From the NCBI GenBank assembly GCA_030141605.1, contig JAQGDQ010002381.1:186001-250000 (forward strand): 64,000 nt of DNA, written 5' to 3'. The notes below the pieces were generated by a model that saw only the letters and a list, made by a program, of their open reading frames with translations, did no database searches and was not told the DNA's origin. How positions within the stretch are numbered: the stretch's first letter is position 1; each line of letters begins with the position of its first letter. The DNA is from Tubiluchus corallicola. Taxonomy: Eukaryota; Animalia; Priapulida. Both the position numbers and the translations under genes were made by a program. Shown piece after piece: positions 63,093 through 64,000 of the stretch.

Positions 63093-63822
63093 CAGCAAGT
63101 CTTCACTTAACGACGCTAATGCACTCCAGCAAAATGTGACATTAAGCGAAACGTCGTTAAACGAAACCAAGACTTCCATGGAAAGTAATGTAAAAGAATT
63201 GAGATACGTTCCAGAAGCAAAAATCGATGCTGCTTAAATTGTATACATCAAATGTTTTATGAGTTTTATTCATATTTCTACTGATTAATTGCCAGAAACC
63301 ATCTATCTTTCTTACCAAAATCTAGCTAGACTGGATATGGGTCTATTGAAACCTGTATACAGACAGTTCACATTTAAACAATGCAAAGAGAAGGCCTAGC
63401 CCTGCATGAAGCCATCTTGAGGCAATTTCAGGAAGTATTAATCTGGTTGTTATAGCAACAAGTTGCACACAAAATTCCTTGGCATCAAGTTTAAACTCAG
63501 GTGTCTGGAGACTGGATCGGCAAATAGATCTTCATACAAGCGGCTAGAATTTAGTACGCAGATAGTTGGGAACCAAAAGCATTATAATAATTACACTGTT
63601 TGGGTTACTAATGTGCTTTTAGAACAAAATTATGCAATTTGCATGGCTTTTATACTCCAAATTAGGCAAAAAAAAGTTGTTGATAAAAAATGGTTGTCAG
63701 CAACTTAAAAAATCGTCTTTAAAACGAAACGTGTGTCGTTAAGTGAGAAAATGGTGTCAAATGTTCAGCGGTGTTAAAACGAAACGTTGTTAAACGGGGA
63801 GTCGTTAAGCAAGGACTTGCTG
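63093..63822. mobile_element. pogo/Tigger-like MITE, 730 bp, in an MTA intron
   Basis: TA TSD; TIR CAGCAAGTCTTCACTTAACGAC / GTCGTTAAGCAAGGACTTGCTG; subterminal CGAAACGT(C/T)GTTAAACG repeats. Confidence 0.85.
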
Positions 63823-64000
63823 TAAATGAGAACTGAAAAGATATGGCTTCAGAATAACAAGAAAGCTCTGAGGGCATTGTGTTCCGTGCAGATTGATTTG
63901 TGACATTTTGTTGCTATTTTCTCCCTTTCAAGTGCAAAAAGGAAAAGCTGACTAAATCACTGCACACGAAGCCATATCATAGTGCGATATCACGAACATT

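Overview
AT-rich, repeat-dense invertebrate animal (eukaryotic) genomic DNA, not prokaryotic. The only protein-coding gene I can support is an MTA1/2/3-family NuRD subunit on the minus strand. Its last nine coding exons (63067 to 52578, about 575 codons) splice cleanly with GT-AG sites and consistent phases. They encode ELM2, SANT, a GATA-like Zn finger, an extra C2H2 finger, two RBBP4-binding-type modules and a C-terminal SIM-like motif. The 5' exons lie beyond the right edge. The first ~52 kb has no convincing host exons and consists of microsatellites, minisatellites, 5'-truncated CR1/L2-like LINE ends, non-autonomous DNA transposons (TTAA-target Kolobok-like, 8-bp-TSD hAT-like, one with a 6-bp TSD, and TA-target pogo/Tigger-like copies in the MTA introns) and several SINEs. 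The most interesting items are: a 5S-rRNA-headed SINE with an RTE-LINE-derived body and tail (two copies), a composite tRNA/5S-headed SINE present as an inverted pair, and a Penelope-type minimal hammerhead ribozyme. I found no evidence for CRISPR, operons or a wholly new multi-gene system. Family assignments come from motif recall and were not checked by database search.
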